Source: Cyanophyceae cyanobacterium (GTDB lineage Bacteria; Cyanobacteriota; Cyanobacteriia; Cyanobacteriales; Laspinemataceae). From it: a stretch of 64,000 nt of DNA. Each line of letters starts with the position of its first letter. The first letter of the stretch is position 1. Below are positions 51,796 to 64,000 of this stretch, piece by piece. The stretch spans positions 96,001-160,000 of the forward strand of contig JBBQFN010000001.1 in NCBI GenBank assembly GCA_038321985.1. The letters run 5' to 3'. A program made the translations under genes and the position numbers. Under the pieces are notes generated by a model. The model saw only the letters and a program-made list of their open reading frames with translations, was not told the DNA's origin and did not search any database.

Positions 51796-52872
51796 ATGGC
51801 TGAATCTTTTTTATTAAGTCGAATTTTACTTAAATTTGATGCTGAAACTCAAGACCGGGTGGGAGATTTATCCGCCGTTACCTTTACCCCCGATGGTTCC
51901 TTATGGGTGGGTTCAGATGAATTGCTGACGCTGGAACGGCTTTCTCTTCTCGAACCTTATGTTTATGGAAATCATCAACCCTTTGAAATTGGAGAATTTA
52001 TCGAATTATTTAATCAAGAAGATGAAATAGATATTGAGGGAATAGATTACTCGGAGGGATACCTTTGGTTTACTGGATCTCATAGTACAAAACGGAAAAA
52101 GCCCAAAGGGGAAAATCCGGAAAAAGATATCAACCGGCTGACCCAAGTCAAAAGGGAGGCGAATCGATATTTATTAGCAAGAATTCCCATTCAGGAGGGA
52201 ATTCCGGTTCAAAACTGTATGGACCCGAGCAATGGCGATCGCCAACTGACAGCAGCCTCCCTCCAAAAAACCGAAAGTGGCAATATTCTGATGGATGCCT
52301 TGGAAAAAGACATTCATTTTGGTTCAATTGTAGCCTCTCAACTTCCAAGCAAAGAAAATGGATTAGATATAGAAGGATTGGCAGTTAGCGGGCCTAAAAT
52401 TTTTCTAGGATTTCGGGGTCCGGTTCTCCGAGGATGGGCGGTAATTATTCAAATAGAAGTAGAAGAAAGCGAACCGGGAATTTTAACGCTTAAAGCAATA
52501 GGCGAAGAAGGACGGCTTTATAAAAAGCATTTTCTAGACCTCGGTGGATTAGGAATTCGCGAATTGTGTCTGGATGGAGAAGACCTAATTATTCTAGGCG
52601 GTCCAACTTTAGATCTAGACGCGGGTATGAAGGTGTTCCGGCTCATAGATATTTTAAATCGGGAGGGTGACTTGATAATTGCCCAGGATGAGACCGAATT
52701 AAAAGTCTTATTTAATTTACCCTTTAAGCTAGGAACCGATCGGGGGGAAGGGTTGGCCCGTCTTCCTTGTTTGGGACAACCCAGTTCCTTGTTAGTGGTT
52801 TACGATTCACCGGATCCCACGAGAATAATTAATGGTGATTCGGTGTTTGGCGATGTGTTTCGACTTTCATAA
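51796..52872 (+). CDS. DUF3616 domain protein
   Basis: EIDIEG, TGSHS.KRK, KENGLDIEGLA, GFRGPV, L.GLGIREL and GEGL motifs. Confidence 0.87.
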   Translation: MAESFLLSRILLKFDAETQDRVGDLSAVTFTPDGSLWVGSDELLTLERLSLLEPYVYGNHQPFEIGEFIELFNQEDEIDIEGIDYSEGYLWFTGSHSTKRKKPKGENPEKDINRLTQVKREANRYLLARIPIQEGIPVQNCMDPSNGDRQLTAASLQKTESGNILMDALEKDIHFGSIVASQLPSKENGLDIEGLAVSGPKIFLGFRGPVLRGWAVIIQIEVEESEPGILTLKAIGEEGRLYKKHFLDLGGLGIRELCLDGEDLIILGGPTLDLDAGMKVFRLIDILNREGDLIIAQDETELKVLFNLPFKLGTDRGEGLARLPCLGQPSSLLVVYDSPDPTRIINGDSVFGDVFRLS

Positions 52873-52958
52873 TCACGGGCATTAAGACACAAGAATCGGA
52901 AGCGGCTGCGCGGTTTACTGGGGATATTTACGGCACCCCCGGTGAACCGCGCATTTGC

Positions 52959-53312
52959 TTACAATGCTTGCAACTGAGAAAAGCGATCGGGACAAAAGAG
53001 GGCAACCCCAACAGCAATGACTTTACCGCTGTAGAGTCCCCGTGCTTCTAATTGCGCTTGGGGTAAATTCTCTTGGGCAAGAGACTCGGCGACTTCGGTG
53101 GCAAAGTCCCGAACGGAAGCCCCTTGGGCTAAAGCACTACAGGCATCTTGACCCAATTTTTCCGCCCGTTGACTCCCCACCTGTTGATGGATTTGGAGTT
53201 CCTCTGGGGTCAAAATTCCTTCTAAAACTGTATCAAATTCTTGAGCCTGGGCGGGAGTCACAGAGAATAAAACCAAAGAAGCGCTTACACAAGCCAGAAA
53301 TGTTTTAAGCAT
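52959..53312 (-). CDS. Secreted DUF732-like protein
   Basis: Signal peptide AQA; G..AC..L..G and V..FCP pattern. Confidence 0.65.
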   Translation of the reverse strand: MLKTFLACVSASLVLFSVTPAQAQEFDTVLEGILTPEELQIHQQVGSQRAEKLGQDACSALAQGASVRDFATEVAESLAQENLPQAQLEARGLYSGKVIAVGVALFCPDRFSQLQAL

Positions 53313-53787
53313 AATTTTATTTGAATGGACGGTGATAGGGTTTCCCGTTCAACCCCGGATCTAGCTTGGCGAGGGGGAGACGGTCTAAGTTACTCCTGCA
53401 TTATAGAAGGAGCAGGGCTAAGTCGGCTTCTGATTTCCCTGAACAAATCTAACATCCCTTACCCTCGGCTAAAACACGAATGCCTCCAAGGAAAGACAGG
53501 TCGGCAACCGGGGCATTTTTCTGCTCTAGACAAGGTTGATTCTTAGGCTATAGTAGCTATATAGGGCCTAAATAGAGGCTTTGCGTCTCACCATTTTCTT
53601 AAGTTTAATGACAGAAAGAATCAGGGGTTAGAAAATCATGAGAATAGATTCCGGACCGGATAAACCGTTTTTCTGTTTAGGAGAATAGCCCGGTGTTAAA
53701 TGACCACCTATTTTCTTAAAGATGAAATTATATTTAAGGCTATAAAATCATCTTTGTAGTAGCAACAATCGCAGTGGAACCTGCAAC

Positions 53788-56700
53788 TTACCAAGGACTT
53801 CCAATTAGGGTAAATCCGGACCAATAGTAGGGATGGGAAAGGCTTGTATCTCCTAAACCGGAGATTTCCGGAGGAAGGTCGATCGCCCCTTGGGAGTGAA
53901 TGAGGCGATCCGATTCAATTTTTACTTCACCCCGTAACATTGCCAGTTGTGCTTGGCGCAAAGCTTCAGCTTTTAAAGGAACTGAATGCAGGTTTTGGTA
54001 TAATTCGGTCATTAGTCCTAATGTGCCTTCATCGTTGACGGACCACAGGGAGGCGATCGCCGTTTTGACCCCACTTTTAACAGCTAATCCCCCAAACCCT
54101 AATTCGGCTTGGCGATCGCCCAGGGCAGTTTGACAGGCTGATAGCACTAACAACTCAACTTTAGGCGTATCTAAGTGCAAACTGGATAGTTCATCTAAAT
54201 TGATTCGACGGTCCCAAAGCTGGATATAAGACTGATTCCGTTCCCCCGGGTTAAATTCGGCATGAGTCGCCAAATGGATTATTTTAAAGTCATTTTGTTG
54301 GTGTTGGTAGGCTAAATTTTCTACTGTGAAGGCTTCATTGAGGAACGATTGCATAGATCCGGTTTGTTCTACAATGGTTTTTAACTCTAATGGCACTGCG
54401 GGTAAAGGATTTTCCCCAGAAAATTGCGATGCACCCATTGCCAAAACTGCGTGATTTTGAAGGGGAAAATAGCTGGGGTTGGTTAAGCTAAAGCTGGGAA
54501 TTAAACTGATGCTATATTGTTCGATTAAAAATTGATTTCCATCAAATAAGGCAGCAATTGGCAAACTTCTTAATCCTGGATCTAAAGAAAAAAGTATAGT
54601 ATCAATTTCCATTTTTTTCAGGTCTTCAGCAACGGGTCCAATTATCCATTCATACAATTGTTGGCCCGAGGAAAAATACTTGTTCATATTTTGTCTTCGC
54701 GGGTCGGTAATTTCCCATCGAAATTCGTTGACAACAGCAAACAATACCTCAGGCGTAGCGTCAAAAATGGTCTTGCGAATGGGGTTGCCCTCGGGTGGAA
54801 CCAAGATTATTTCCAGGCGATCGCTGCGAGATATTGCATATAGAATGGCCGCCTGTTTTCCCGTTTGTGCCGTCAATTTTTTTAAAGTTTCCTGGAATGT
54901 AAATAGGGTCATTTGCTGGGAAGGCAAGGTAGTAGTAACCCCTAAATAATCCTGGAACTCTTGGTTACGAGAATCTTCGATCGCCCAGAGAATTTCTTCA
55001 AGATTATTATTGGCTAATGCCTGATCCAGGGGCAGAGTCATTTCTCCCATTTTTTCTCCCGGTATTAATGCTTCATGGTGCGGGTTAATCGCCATCGGGG
55101 TAATATAGCGGTGTTCCTGTTGATGAAGAACAGCCCCTGACTGAATGATCTGGGGGACGGGGAGGAGGTATGCTAGAGCAGATTTCATTTGTCTGAGAGA
55201 TTCAATTATTTCCTTCCCTTTAGAGATTTGGCTATTAGATAAGTTGGGATTTTCAGTGACGGCCCATTCATACCAAATGGAACTATCAATGGTCAAAATT
55301 TCATTAATAATCCCTCCCGGATCGCCGAGGGGTTTTAAAGGTTCTCCTGACGAATAGTCGGGGATGGAGGCAGAGAGGCGATCGCCGCTTATACTCGGAT
55401 CAATGGATCTAGATAAGGGTGCCCTCGCCGGTTGTTCCCGTTGAGACACATTGTCTACGGGTTGTTGGGGTAAGGGTTCGGGCAAAGTCCCAGTTAATCC
55501 GGGTTGCCCTTCCTGCGATCGCGCGTTTTCGGCAACGGGTGCGATCTCTGGCATTTCTGGCACCGGGTTTGCTGCAATTTCCCCAGTAGTCATGGTAAGG
55601 GGTGCGGTTACTCTCTCACTACGGGATAAGCTGGGCAATTCTAAGAACCCATTCGATTCTGTCGGTGCAACAATGGGCGATCGGTTCGTATCAGATCCGA
55701 CAATTGGATCTTGTGCCGGGTTCAGGGATGGCGCTGTCAAGGGGATTTTTTCCGGCGATATTGGTGCGATCGATATCTGTGGAATACTAAGTTCGGGTGT
55801 GGGAAGAGGGAAGGATTCCTGTACAGGTGCTGGGGTAGGTGGTGCGGATGTGGGAACAGGTGCGGATGCAGGAACCGGTGCGGATGTAGGAACCGGTGCC
55901 AAAACAGGTTTAGATGCTTGTGGCGGCATGGGTGTAGAAACCCGCGTAGGTGTGGATACGGTTACTGGCGTAGGTGTTGATATAGAAACTGGTGCAGGTG
56001 TTGGCGTAGGTGTTGATATAGAAACTGGTGCAGGTGCTGGCGAAGGCGCAGGGGTTGGCGCAGGGGTTGGCGCAGGTGTTGGCGTAGGTGTTGGCGTAGG
56101 TGTAGGTGTTGGCGCAGGTGTTGGCGTAGGTGTTGGCGTAGGCGCAGGTGTTGGCGCTGGTTCGGCTGTAGGTTCAGGTTCTGGGGGTTCGGGAACCGAA
56201 TAAATGCCGATATTACCTTGGGTAAAGGTGTATAAAAATGAATCATTAGCGATCGCACTGCTGCCTGTTGTCAATACCCCAGCGGTACCATTTGTGCTGG
56301 CATCTCCCACGACAAAGGGAACAATACCGCCTCCGCCATGACGAATGGCGATCGCGCCGCTACCCGTTCCGCCAATTGTAGAGATACTTGCCGCTTGTCC
56401 ATTGGCGGCGCTAAAGGTACCTGTAGCGCGAAAATTGCTCCCTGTGGTAATATCGACGGTCCCCCCGGTTGTTCCGCCTTCCGCATTAATCCAACTCACT
56501 TCAATATCCCCTTCCGGGTCGAGGGTGACGTTTCCCCCCACACCGGAGGTTCCTGACGACGCGATCGCCCCGGCAACGATGGAGGTTTCTGCTAAAACTT
56601 GAATGCTTCCCCCATCGACGGCACCAGAGGCGTTAAGATTGCCGGTGGTAATGGTTCCTGGTGCCAGAGTAGCGTTACCACCTGTTAAGGCAATTTTGCC

Positions 56701-59700
56701 CCCACTTCCCGCACTCGCACTACTATCAACTGCCCCCGTTGTGATATGGTTGCCCGTTTCAATTCTGACTTCCCCTCCTGCTGTCACTCCGGATGTAGTG
56801 ACGTTACTGAGGGAGATATCCCCGGTGGTAGTTGAAACGCTGACATTCCCCCCAGTTCCCCCGTTCGCGCGACTATTGATGTTCCCGCCCGTGATGCCGG
56901 TATTAGCACTCACTGCGATCGTACCCCCATTGTTTCCCGTGGTATTTAAGGTTCCGGTGGTGCTAACTGCCCCGGATGTGCTATCTAGGGTAATTTGGGC
57001 AGCAGTGAGACTGGTGGTAGTGATATTACCGACTGTCGTAACTTGCGTATTACCCTCGGTTGTGATGGGGCGATTCAGATTAACGGTTCCAGAAGCATTG
57101 ATTGTGAGCCCGCCTAATTCCACGGAAATCGGCGCGTCTACTGTTACATCACCGGCCTGAATCTGTAAACCTAGTAAAGGAATTATGTTCCCGATTGCAT
57201 TTTCAATCAGCAGATTACCGCTGCCTGTATTTAAGGTCAAATTCTGGGAACCATTTACAGTCGCCCCTAGGTTAATCTTCCCATGGGCCGCCGAAGTGTC
57301 CAGGGTAATATCTCGATTGAGTTGAATATTTTCCCCCTGAATCGTGATACCATTATTATGAGTCGTGACAATATTACCATCAAGAACGGTAGAAATTGCC
57401 GTGGCATTTAATTCGCCTATGTTAGCGGTTCCTAAGCGAACTATGCCATTTTGTGAATTCACGGATAAGACGCGATCGCCGTTTACGGTCCAAGCAAAAG
57501 TAATATCTCCGCTTTCTGTTTGGACCTCTGTATTTCCCTCTAAGAAAATTTGACTCCCTTCAAAAGTGATTGAAGAATCATTTTTACCGCTAATGGAACC
57601 GCTGAGTTCTACGGTATTCCCCCGCAATACCAGGGAATCTCTAAATTCTGCCGAAGAACGGCCTGTTTCCAAGGTAGTGGTTCCGGTACTATCCGGGCGT
57701 CCAATGGTGATGGAATTAAACCCAGATTGCAATAAATTTAGTTCCCTTCCCGTAATCGTTAAGGCCGAATTTTCCCCGGTATCAACTCCCCCTAGTTTGA
57801 TATCTAAACTGGGAGTAAAGGGTTGCAAAACTAGATTACTATTACCCCGGATGGTGTCTCCGAAGTTGAGGTCATCAGCGGTTAAGGTAATATCATTTAG
57901 GGGAGTGAATGCCCCGATACTCTGGTTAAAATTGATGCTGCCGTTCGCAGCGGTTACGGTTAAATTTTGATTCCCATTTACCGTTCCATCAAATATAATA
58001 TTTCCCCTATTATTTTGGACGGTTACGGGATTGATGATTTGAATATCTCCATCGGTGGAAAAAGTCAGGGATGCGTTATCGGTTCCTAAAACAGTGTTAT
58101 GAAGATTGATAATTCCGGTTTGCGATCGCACCGTCAGGGGGTCGCTGATAGACACCTGATTAATATCAAGCGGTGCAGTGCCATTGATTTGTCCAATGGT
58201 AATCGAATTAAATCCATTTTGAAATTGATTTAACTCGGTTGAAGTTAAGTCTAAGGCCGGGGTATTATTCTGAATATAACCGAGGGCAACTGCTTGGTTA
58301 GTAGTTAACGGTTCTAAAGTGAGGTCTCCTGTACCCTTGACGGGACCGCCAAAGTCTATTTCCTCACCTCGTAAGCGGAGATTGCCGGTTAATAATAAAC
58401 TGTCGCCGAAGTTGAGGAGAGTGGCAGTGGCATTCCCGGATAAAGTGGTGGGTGTATCGGTGGTTAATAGGGTTAAGGGGGTGGTTTCTCCAATATTGCC
58501 GTCTAAGTTAATCGTACCCGTGGCAGTATTCAGGGTTAAACTATACCCGCCCTCAATATCGCCGATGATATCAATCGTGCCACCGCCTGCATCAATAGTC
58601 CCATCGCGTTCGAGGGAAACAGTCCCTTCAACCCGAATTTGATTATTATTAGTGATAATTTCCTGATCAGGGGTGATCATCCCCCCAGCAGTGAGGGCAG
58701 TCGCACCTCCGGTCCCCGAACTCCCAACCGCTGTAATATTGCCAGTCCGGAGGTTTCCTCCTGCTACGACAGCGATCGCGCCGCCATCGCCACCCGATGA
58801 GGCATTCAAGATTCCTGTTGTAATATTTTCCCCGGCAGTTATCTCAATTCCCGAAGGTGCGATGATATCCCCGGTTACGATATCGGTTCCTGCATTCAGG
58901 GCGATCGAGGCATTTCCCGTAATCCCATCCGGGGCCAAAATCGCACCAGTACCCACCGGCGACTGAATCAGCAAGGGGTCGTTAAATGTGAGAGAATTGC
59001 TCACCGTGGCAGTACCACTACTGTTATTCCGTCCAATTGTAACGGAGGCAAACCCGGGTTGTAACCAGCCCAAATCGATCGCACTCAGTTGAAAAATGTT
59101 AGGATTTCCCGTAGCCGTTCCCCCGATCGCCATGTCCTGTAATGGGTTAAATGGCTGTAAAGTGAGGTGAGTGTTTCCAGAAACTTGATCGGTAAAAAGA
59201 ATCCGGTTAGCCGTCAAGGCGACATTGCCGGCCACATTGATGGGGGTATTATAGGTTTGAGTATTGCGGGTGGTAATATTCTGGGCGATCGCAGTATCGG
59301 CAGCATTAACCGTTAAATCAACTAAAGGCGTCTCCTCCCCGACTACAGAATTAAGTGTTACCCTCCCCATCTCCGTCTGGAGGAACAAACGGGCATTGCC
59401 ATTGACAGACCCCTCAAGTTGAATATCCCCTTGGTTTTGGTACTGTTCGAGGGTCAAGTCCTGATTAACAAGGAGATTCCCCTCGATTTGAATCGGATTA
59501 ATGTATCCCTCGATAGACTCAACGGAAATCGTCCCGGTGGGTGCATTTAACGTGATGGCACCCCCGGTTGTTCCATTTGTCGTAGACCGAGACCAAATTT
59601 GTGAGGTATCAATGTTCCCTTGATTCGCCGTGAGACTAATATTCCCCCCGTTCCCTCCGTTATAGGAACGAGAATCTATATTTGCTGTCAAAATTGAACC

Positions 59701-61785
59701 GCTAGCGCTATCCAGGGCGATCGCACCTCCAGCAGCGCCACTACTTCTTGTGCTAATATTTGCGGTTTGAATATCACTTCCGGCGGCGATCGCAATTGCG
59801 CCGCCATCCCCTTTTACTAACCCATCCATGTAAGCATCGGTACTCAGAATCCCCGTTTGGACTCGTCCCAATGGGGCGGATAGGGTAATACTGCCCCCTC
59901 CTTGCATCACCAAATCCCCCAGGGAATCGTCATTTGCCTGGGAAATAATATCCCCGGTTACAATATTTCCCCCGGTGGCGGTGAGGGTGACACTCCCGGC
60001 ATTTCGGGCCATCAGTCCCAAGAATAGAATGTTCGTACTAATATCGCTCACATCCACATTTCCGAGGGTAATATTCACCCCGGAAATGGTCAGACTGCGA
60101 CCTTTTGCCAGAATAGATTGGGTCGGGTCCATCGTAAAGTTCCCGCTACCGCTATTATCCGCATCCGCTATAAAAGCCAATTTTAGAGGGACTGCACCGA
60201 TTAGAGTTCCCCCCGGATTAACAAAATTAAGAGACACCCCAGGGGCGATCGTGATATCGTTACTCGCCTCTAGACGGATATCTCCTACAATTGACGTTAG
60301 ATTTCCGACACTAATTGTATAACTAGCGGTCGGATCGTCCATCCATAAAATTTCGCTATTAAATAGCAGTTTATTGTTATGAGTACCACCCGTTGTCACA
60401 ATATTAATATTTTCTGGGTCCAGCAGCAGGGTTCCCACGGTCCCCTGGGCTGCACTTAAATCCACATCCCCCCGAAAAATCAGCGTTTCTTTACCCGAAA
60501 CTTCCACAAAACCCCCATTAGAAGGGGTTTCTTGACTCCCTCGGGCCGTTATACTGCCCGCAAACTGAGTGGTATCATCGGCCCATAAAATTATCCTACC
60601 GCCATCCCCCTCACTCACTGCATCTGCTGCAATTTCTGACCCTGCACTCACAAAGGTTTGGGTAGCATTGGGAACCTCTCCCGTTCCCTGAAAGTCTCCA
60701 CCCAGGCGAATTGTACCGCCTCCACTCCCCGAGGCATCCAGGGTTCCTTCAACCACTGCCACCCGGTTAGCCAGGATTGCTACCTGTCCCCCCGGTCCTA
60801 TGTTCCCCGCAGATACATCCACCGTCCCCGATGTAATCGCATCTCCCGCTTGTGGATTAACCCTGATTCCTGAACCCGTCAGGGCGATTGTCCCATCTGG
60901 GTTTACTTCAACTCCCGTGGCATGGGCGATTGTCCCCCCCACTAGCAATTCCGGTAACGAAAGAGGTGCAATCTCCCCCCAAGGGTTACCCTCCTGAGGG
61001 CGCACCTCTAAACTTAGCAGATGATTTTCTTGGGAAATTCTGACTATACTTTCCCCAGGGACCGCCGCGATCGTTACCGTTCCACCGGGAGAAGAAAGTA
61101 TCCCTGTATTTAGGATACTTCCTCCTAATAGCGTTAAATTATTTTCGGGTTGAAGCATTAAATTGCCGAAATTGGCAATACTTCCCGGTTGTTTTAACCC
61201 AAAGGCAAACTGAGAAGGGGTTCCCACTAAACTTAAATAATTATTCTCCCCTATGGCATTAAACCACCCTTCCCTCAACCCAATTCCGGTTGCCGTCGTT
61301 GCTAAAAAGTCTCCCGGAACGTTAAGTTGGGCGTTCGTTCCGAATACAATTCCGGCTGGATTCATCAAATAAAGATTAGAATTCCCCCCGGTAATTTGAA
61401 TTAACCCATTAATATAAGAAGCATCGCCTCCCGTGATTCTCCCTAGGATGTTAGCGATCGCCGGGTTCGACAGAAAATTGGCAACTTGTCCCGCCTCTAC
61501 ATTGAAGCGGTCAAAACTATGGAACAAATTGGCCCCATCTGCCGACTGCTGTCCCCCTTGAATATTAAATTGGGGTCCATCCGTGGTAACAGTAGTCCCT
61601 GTGCCATCACTTGCCGGAGTAATGTTTTGGGCCAACAAAGGGTGCTGATAAGTGCCTATCACCGCCGCAACTAATCCAGTTATCATAAACTGAATCTTTT
61701 TTCCCGTTGCTGCCTTGACTTGAGTGCTATCATCAGACCCCATCCCCTTGACCTCCTTGGCGATTATCCTTTGAAATGAGCCCAA
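53788..61785 (-). CDS. Filamentous haemagglutinin (TPS N-terminal domain) protein with C-terminal CHAT peptidase domain
   Basis: NLFHSF..F and [12 protein letters not shown] motifs, beta-helical repeats, Pro-Thr linker, and CHAT motifs [24 protein letters not shown]. Start uncertain (ATG 61723 possible). Confidence 0.92.
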   Translation of the reverse strand: MGSFQRIIAKEVKGMGSDDSTQVKAATGKKIQFMITGLVAAVIGTYQHPLLAQNITPASDGTGTTVTTDGPQFNIQGGQQSADGANLFHSFDRFNVEAGQVANFLSNPAIANILGRITGGDASYINGLIQITGGNSNLYLMNPAGIVFGTNAQLNVPGDFLATTATGIGLREGWFNAIGENNYLSLVGTPSQFAFGLKQPGSIANFGNLMLQPENNLTLLGGSILNTGILSSPGGTVTIAAVPGESIVRISQENHLLSLEVRPQEGNPWGEIAPLSLPELLVGGTIAHATGVEVNPDGTIALTGSGIRVNPQAGDAITSGTVDVSAGNIGPGGQVAILANRVAVVEGTLDASGSGGGTIRLGGDFQGTGEVPNATQTFVSAGSEIAADAVSEGDGGRIILWADDTTQFAGSITARGSQETPSNGGFVEVSGKETLIFRGDVDLSAAQGTVGTLLLDPENINIVTTGGTHNNKLLFNSEILWMDDPTASYTISVGNLTSIVGDIRLEASNDITIAPGVSLNFVNPGGTLIGAVPLKLAFIADADNSGSGNFTMDPTQSILAKGRSLTISGVNITLGNVDVSDISTNILFLGLMARNAGSVTLTATGGNIVTGDIISQANDDSLGDLVMQGGGSITLSAPLGRVQTGILSTDAYMDGLVKGDGGAIAIAAGSDIQTANISTRSSGAAGGAIALDSASGSILTANIDSRSYNGGNGGNISLTANQGNIDTSQIWSRSTTNGTTGGAITLNAPTGTISVESIEGYINPIQIEGNLLVNQDLTLEQYQNQGDIQLEGSVNGNARLFLQTEMGRVTLNSVVGEETPLVDLTVNAADTAIAQNITTRNTQTYNTPINVAGNVALTANRILFTDQVSGNTHLTLQPFNPLQDMAIGGTATGNPNIFQLSAIDLGWLQPGFASVTIGRNNSSGTATVSNSLTFNDPLLIQSPVGTGAILAPDGITGNASIALNAGTDIVTGDIIAPSGIEITAGENITTGILNASSGGDGGAIAVVAGGNLRTGNITAVGSSGTGGATALTAGGMITPDQEIITNNNQIRVEGTVSLERDGTIDAGGGTIDIIGDIEGGYSLTLNTATGTINLDGNIGETTPLTLLTTDTPTTLSGNATATLLNFGDSLLLTGNLRLRGEEIDFGGPVKGTGDLTLEPLTTNQAVALGYIQNNTPALDLTSTELNQFQNGFNSITIGQINGTAPLDINQVSISDPLTVRSQTGIINLHNTVLGTDNASLTFSTDGDIQIINPVTVQNNRGNIIFDGTVNGNQNLTVTAANGSINFNQSIGAFTPLNDITLTADDLNFGDTIRGNSNLVLQPFTPSLDIKLGGVDTGENSALTITGRELNLLQSGFNSITIGRPDSTGTTTLETGRSSAEFRDSLVLRGNTVELSGSISGKNDSSITFEGSQIFLEGNTEVQTESGDITFAWTVNGDRVLSVNSQNGIVRLGTANIGELNATAISTVLDGNIVTTHNNGITIQGENIQLNRDITLDTSAAHGKINLGATVNGSQNLTLNTGSGNLLIENAIGNIIPLLGLQIQAGDVTVDAPISVELGGLTINASGTVNLNRPITTEGNTQVTTVGNITTTSLTAAQITLDSTSGAVSTTGTLNTTGNNGGTIAVSANTGITGGNINSRANGGTGGNVSVSTTTGDISLSNVTTSGVTAGGEVRIETGNHITTGAVDSSASAGSGGKIALTGGNATLAPGTITTGNLNASGAVDGGSIQVLAETSIVAGAIASSGTSGVGGNVTLDPEGDIEVSWINAEGGTTGGTVDITTGSNFRATGTFSAANGQAASISTIGGTGSGAIAIRHGGGGIVPFVVGDASTNGTAGVLTTGSSAIANDSFLYTFTQGNIGIYSVPEPPEPEPTAEPAPTPAPTPTPTPTPAPTPTPTPTPTPTPAPTPAPTPAPSPAPAPVSISTPTPTPAPVSISTPTPVTVSTPTRVSTPMPPQASKPVLAPVPTSAPVPASAPVPTSAPPTPAPVQESFPLPTPELSIPQISIAPISPEKIPLTAPSLNPAQDPIVGSDTNRSPIVAPTESNGFLELPSLSRSERVTAPLTMTTGEIAANPVPEMPEIAPVAENARSQEGQPGLTGTLPEPLPQQPVDNVSQREQPARAPLSRSIDPSISGDRLSASIPDYSSGEPLKPLGDPGGIINEILTIDSSIWYEWAVTENPNLSNSQISKGKEIIESLRQMKSALAYLLPVPQIIQSGAVLHQQEHRYITPMAINPHHEALIPGEKMGEMTLPLDQALANNNLEEILWAIEDSRNQEFQDYLGVTTTLPSQQMTLFTFQETLKKLTAQTGKQAAILYAISRSDRLEIILVPPEGNPIRKTIFDATPEVLFAVVNEFRWEITDPRRQNMNKYFSSGQQLYEWIIGPVAEDLKKMEIDTILFSLDPGLRSLPIAALFDGNQFLIEQYSISLIPSFSLTNPSYFPLQNHAVLAMGASQFSGENPLPAVPLELKTIVEQTGSMQSFLNEAFTVENLAYQHQQNDFKIIHLATHAEFNPGERNQSYIQLWDRRINLDELSSLHLDTPKVELLVLSACQTALGDRQAELGFGGLAVKSGVKTAIASLWSVNDEGTLGLMTELYQNLHSVPLKAEALRQAQLAMLRGEVKIESDRLIHSQGAIDLPPEISGLGDTSLSHPYYWSGFTLIGSPW
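55966..56159. repeat. Intragenic tandem repeats encoding a (P-T/A)n linker
   Basis: 12-nt units tggcgYaggtgt plus a 36-nt duplication at 55966 and 56002. Confidence 0.85.
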
Positions 61786-62107
61786 TTTTTCCCCTTTTCT
61801 AAGCCCCGAAGTTTCAACAGACCTCTTGACTTCATGGTGGAAACCCTCCCCCCAACTCCGTTATTCTTTGGGGCTTGTTTCTACCCCACTTAGATCAAAT
61901 ACAAAGTCTATTGTTATTCCTTCATTACTCTACTCAATCCTCGCCGGTTTGGCAAGCTCTGCAACAATACTTATTCTCGTTAAAATTTCATTTACAATTC
62001 TGCGGAAGTGGGGCCAATTTGACCGAACTCCTTAAGGGCAAAAAAACCGGCTTCGTTCAGAAACCGGCTAGGGATTAGGTTCATCTAGAGAGAAACAAGA
62101 AGAGAGA

Positions 62108-63232
62108 TTAAGCAGGATTGGTTTGGGGAGATTTTTGTAATTTACGGACAATCTCACCTTTTTCCAGGAGTCCGACTAACACCCCATTGTCATTAATAAC
62201 AGGTAATTCTGAGAGGTCGCGGTCTTCGAGAATGCCGATCGCTTCGAGTAACGAGACATTAGATTTGATGGGATTAACTGCTTCTACAGTTTTCATCAGT
62301 TCTTTAACCTGAGTCGTCGGCCAGTCGGAGGTCGAGATTAGTTTCAAATCATCCACTGCGATCGACCCGATTAAATACCCCGCCTCATCTGTCACTAAAA
62401 ACTTGCGCCACTGAGTTTTCCCGATAATATACTCGTTAGCAAACTCACGTAAAGAGAGTTCCGCAGAGACAATCGGACTATTGGGGTTCACCGCATCGGC
62501 AGCAGTATAGTGAGAAAGTGTATCTTGGATAGAAGCCGATTGAGCGGCGGTTCCGGCATTCTGAATCAGGAAGAACCCGATTAACAGCGTCCAGAAGCTA
62601 CCAATGTTACTGATGCCTAGGATTGCCATCCCACCCAGGAGGACTGCAACCCAACCGAGTGCTTGTCCGACTCGTCCCGCAAAGATAACGCCTTTATAGG
62701 GATTGCCGGTAATTTTCCAGACGAGAGATTTGAGGATGTTCCCGCCATCGAGGGGTAAACCAGGAATCAGGTTAAACAGGGCTAACATTAAGTTAATCGA
62801 GGCCAACAGTCCCAGGATCGCGGCGAATGGGCCACTGACGGGAGTCGTTAAGGCGACTGCACTAAAGAGTATAAACAACATCAAGCTCACTGCCGGTCCG
62901 GCGATCGCCACCCAGAATGCCTCACCCGGAGTTTTTGACTCTCGTTCTAAACTAGCGAGTCCACCGAACAGGAATAAGGCGATCGATTTGACTTCAATTC
63001 CCTGACGAATTGCCACAAAGCTATGTCCCAGTTCATGGGCTAATACTGAAGCAAACAGCAACAAGGCTGCGACTAATCCTAAGATCCAGGGGAATATTAC
63101 ACCCATTTCTGGAAATTGAGCGGCCAACCCCCCGCCGTAACTAAAAGTAACTAAAGCCAGGACTAAAAACCAAGAAGGATTTACATAAAAAGGTATTCCG
63201 AATAGGTTGCCGATGCGAATATTGCCGTTCAT
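62108..63232 (-). CDS. Site-2 protease (M50) with CBS domains
   Basis: HELGH, IAGP and NLIPGLPLDGG motifs, C-terminal CBS pair, GGAG RBS. Confidence 0.93.
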   Translation of the reverse strand: MNGNIRIGNLFGIPFYVNPSWFLVLALVTFSYGGGLAAQFPEMGVIFPWILGLVAALLLFASVLAHELGHSFVAIRQGIEVKSIALFLFGGLASLERESKTPGEAFWVAIAGPAVSLMLFILFSAVALTTPVSGPFAAILGLLASINLMLALFNLIPGLPLDGGNILKSLVWKITGNPYKGVIFAGRVGQALGWVAVLLGGMAILGISNIGSFWTLLIGFFLIQNAGTAAQSASIQDTLSHYTAADAVNPNSPIVSAELSLREFANEYIIGKTQWRKFLVTDEAGYLIGSIAVDDLKLISTSDWPTTQVKELMKTVEAVNPIKSNVSLLEAIGILEDRDLSELPVINDNGVLVGLLEKGEIVRKLQKSPQTNPA

Positions 63233-63289
63233 ATTGGCTCCGTTATTTATTAACTATCGAGATGCGGTATTTCGCCTCTGATTTCTTCT

Positions 63290-63307
63290 ACTGTAACAAA
63301 ATGTAAC
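63290..63307 (-). promoter_or_regulatory. HLR1-like (RpaB) direct repeat overlapping a candidate -10
   Basis: Minus strand GTTACATT-TT-GTTACAGT versus consensus (G/T)TTACA(T/A)(T/A)-N2-repeat: 15/16 match. Confidence 0.55.
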
Positions 63308-63488
63308 AAATCGGTCAATGTAGTTTGAGTCGTAGTAACCGTCCCTAGGGGTTCGGCTTAGAAAAACCGGGGTTTAAGCCTCAGTAAATGTACGGAAATC
63401 CGGGAGAAAACCTGCGTTCAATACCCCACTCCATCATCTGAAAGGGGAAGGATACCTACATTATAACTGACAAGCTATTGGGGAAGGA

Positions 63489-63806
63489 TTAACAGTAGGC
63501 GGTAACATCTTCGCCGCATTCATCGACGAGGAAACATAAAGCTCGAAACCGTAGGAACACCAGTTGTTCATAAAAGGGATTGAGCTTACACAGCGCCGGA
63601 ATGTGAAATAAAGTCCGTCCAAATAGCTTGACATCCCGTTCAAATGGACATTGAGACGGAATCAACTTGCAGAAGGCTTTAGCCTGTCCGGGATTGTTGA
63701 TTGCGATGCCCTCGATCCAGTTGCGGATGGGCAGTAAAACTTCATCCAACCGGAGTTTATAAGTGTTTTTTAGTTGGGATAAAAAGTTTGATAAAATAAA
63801 CATCAC
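63489..63806 (-). CDS. 'Mo-dependent nitrogenase C-terminal' domain family protein (function unknown)
   Basis: CKLIPSQCPFERDV...HIP.LCKLNPFYEQLV.LRFRALCFL.D.CGED. Confidence 0.88.
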   Translation of the reverse strand: MMFILSNFLSQLKNTYKLRLDEVLLPIRNWIEGIAINNPGQAKAFCKLIPSQCPFERDVKLFGRTLFHIPALCKLNPFYEQLVFLRFRALCFLVDECGEDVTAYC

Positions 63807-64000
63807 TATTTTTCCTCGACACCAATCTTTGAAGGTTGTTTTTCACCTGTAGTTTTATTATTGACTCTTGAGCGAAGGTTTGTCACATTCCCAAAGTAGT
63901 AAAATCTACCCTCGTCAGACAGAGTTTTTGGACTCTATTATACGAACCAAGGGAGACGAGATTACCCGTCAGTCCATTGGGGATCACAAATAAACGTCAA

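Larger units (their letters stand above)
1..64000. repeat. HIP1 octamer (GCGATCGC) dispersed throughout
   Basis: Many dozens of copies in coding and intergenic DNA, e.g. near 102, 1178, 4181, 5167 and 13211. Confidence 0.95.

Noticed and set aside
55451..58966. Long plus-strand ORFs (e.g. 55451-56203, 56603-57160)
   Set aside because: Antisense shadows of the repetitive haemagglutinin gene.
63489..63806. Nitrogenase gene or nif cluster
   Set aside because: The family name is misleading; this is a small domain of unknown function with no nif genes in the window.

Overview
A mostly housekeeping and signalling stretch of a filamentous cyanobacterial chromosome. It has dense HIP1 GCGATCGC octamers, psb34, a thiO-thiG fusion and Oscillatoriales-like intergenic repeats. 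Recognisable genes: gamma-tocopherol methyltransferase (cut by the left edge), ktrB/ktrA, a molybdopterin oxidoreductase, aldehyde dehydrogenase, Uma2 nuclease, a divergent Mg-chelatase H paralogue, LprI-like protein, transglutaminase, GHL10 glycosyl hydrolase, a Ski2/HelY-like helicase, psb34 (missed by the ORF track), thiO-thiG, ferredoxin, cimA, a DUF3419 protein, pheT, recQ, DUF3616, a site-2 protease and a 2665-aa haemagglutinin-CHAT protein. Eukaryote-like signalling genes are frequent: HTH-NB-ARC, inactive-STAND-TPR, FHA kinase, PP2C and a pentapeptide kinase. I found no rRNA, tRNA, CRISPR array, transposase, integrase or reverse transcriptase, and I cannot point to an unambiguous new multi-gene system. 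Best leads: (1) an in-frame chimeric pseudogene joining a CHASE3-like sensor N-terminus to an NrtA/CynA-like C-terminus (799-1467); (2) the 34-42 kb signalling neighbourhood, with a sensor-less STAND protein, a long structured leader before DUF4327 and a PP2C carrying a probable pseudokinase domain; (3) the haemagglutinin-CHAT protein and an orphan paralogous CHAT C-terminus 40 kb away. All family assignments come from motif recognition by eye, not database searches.
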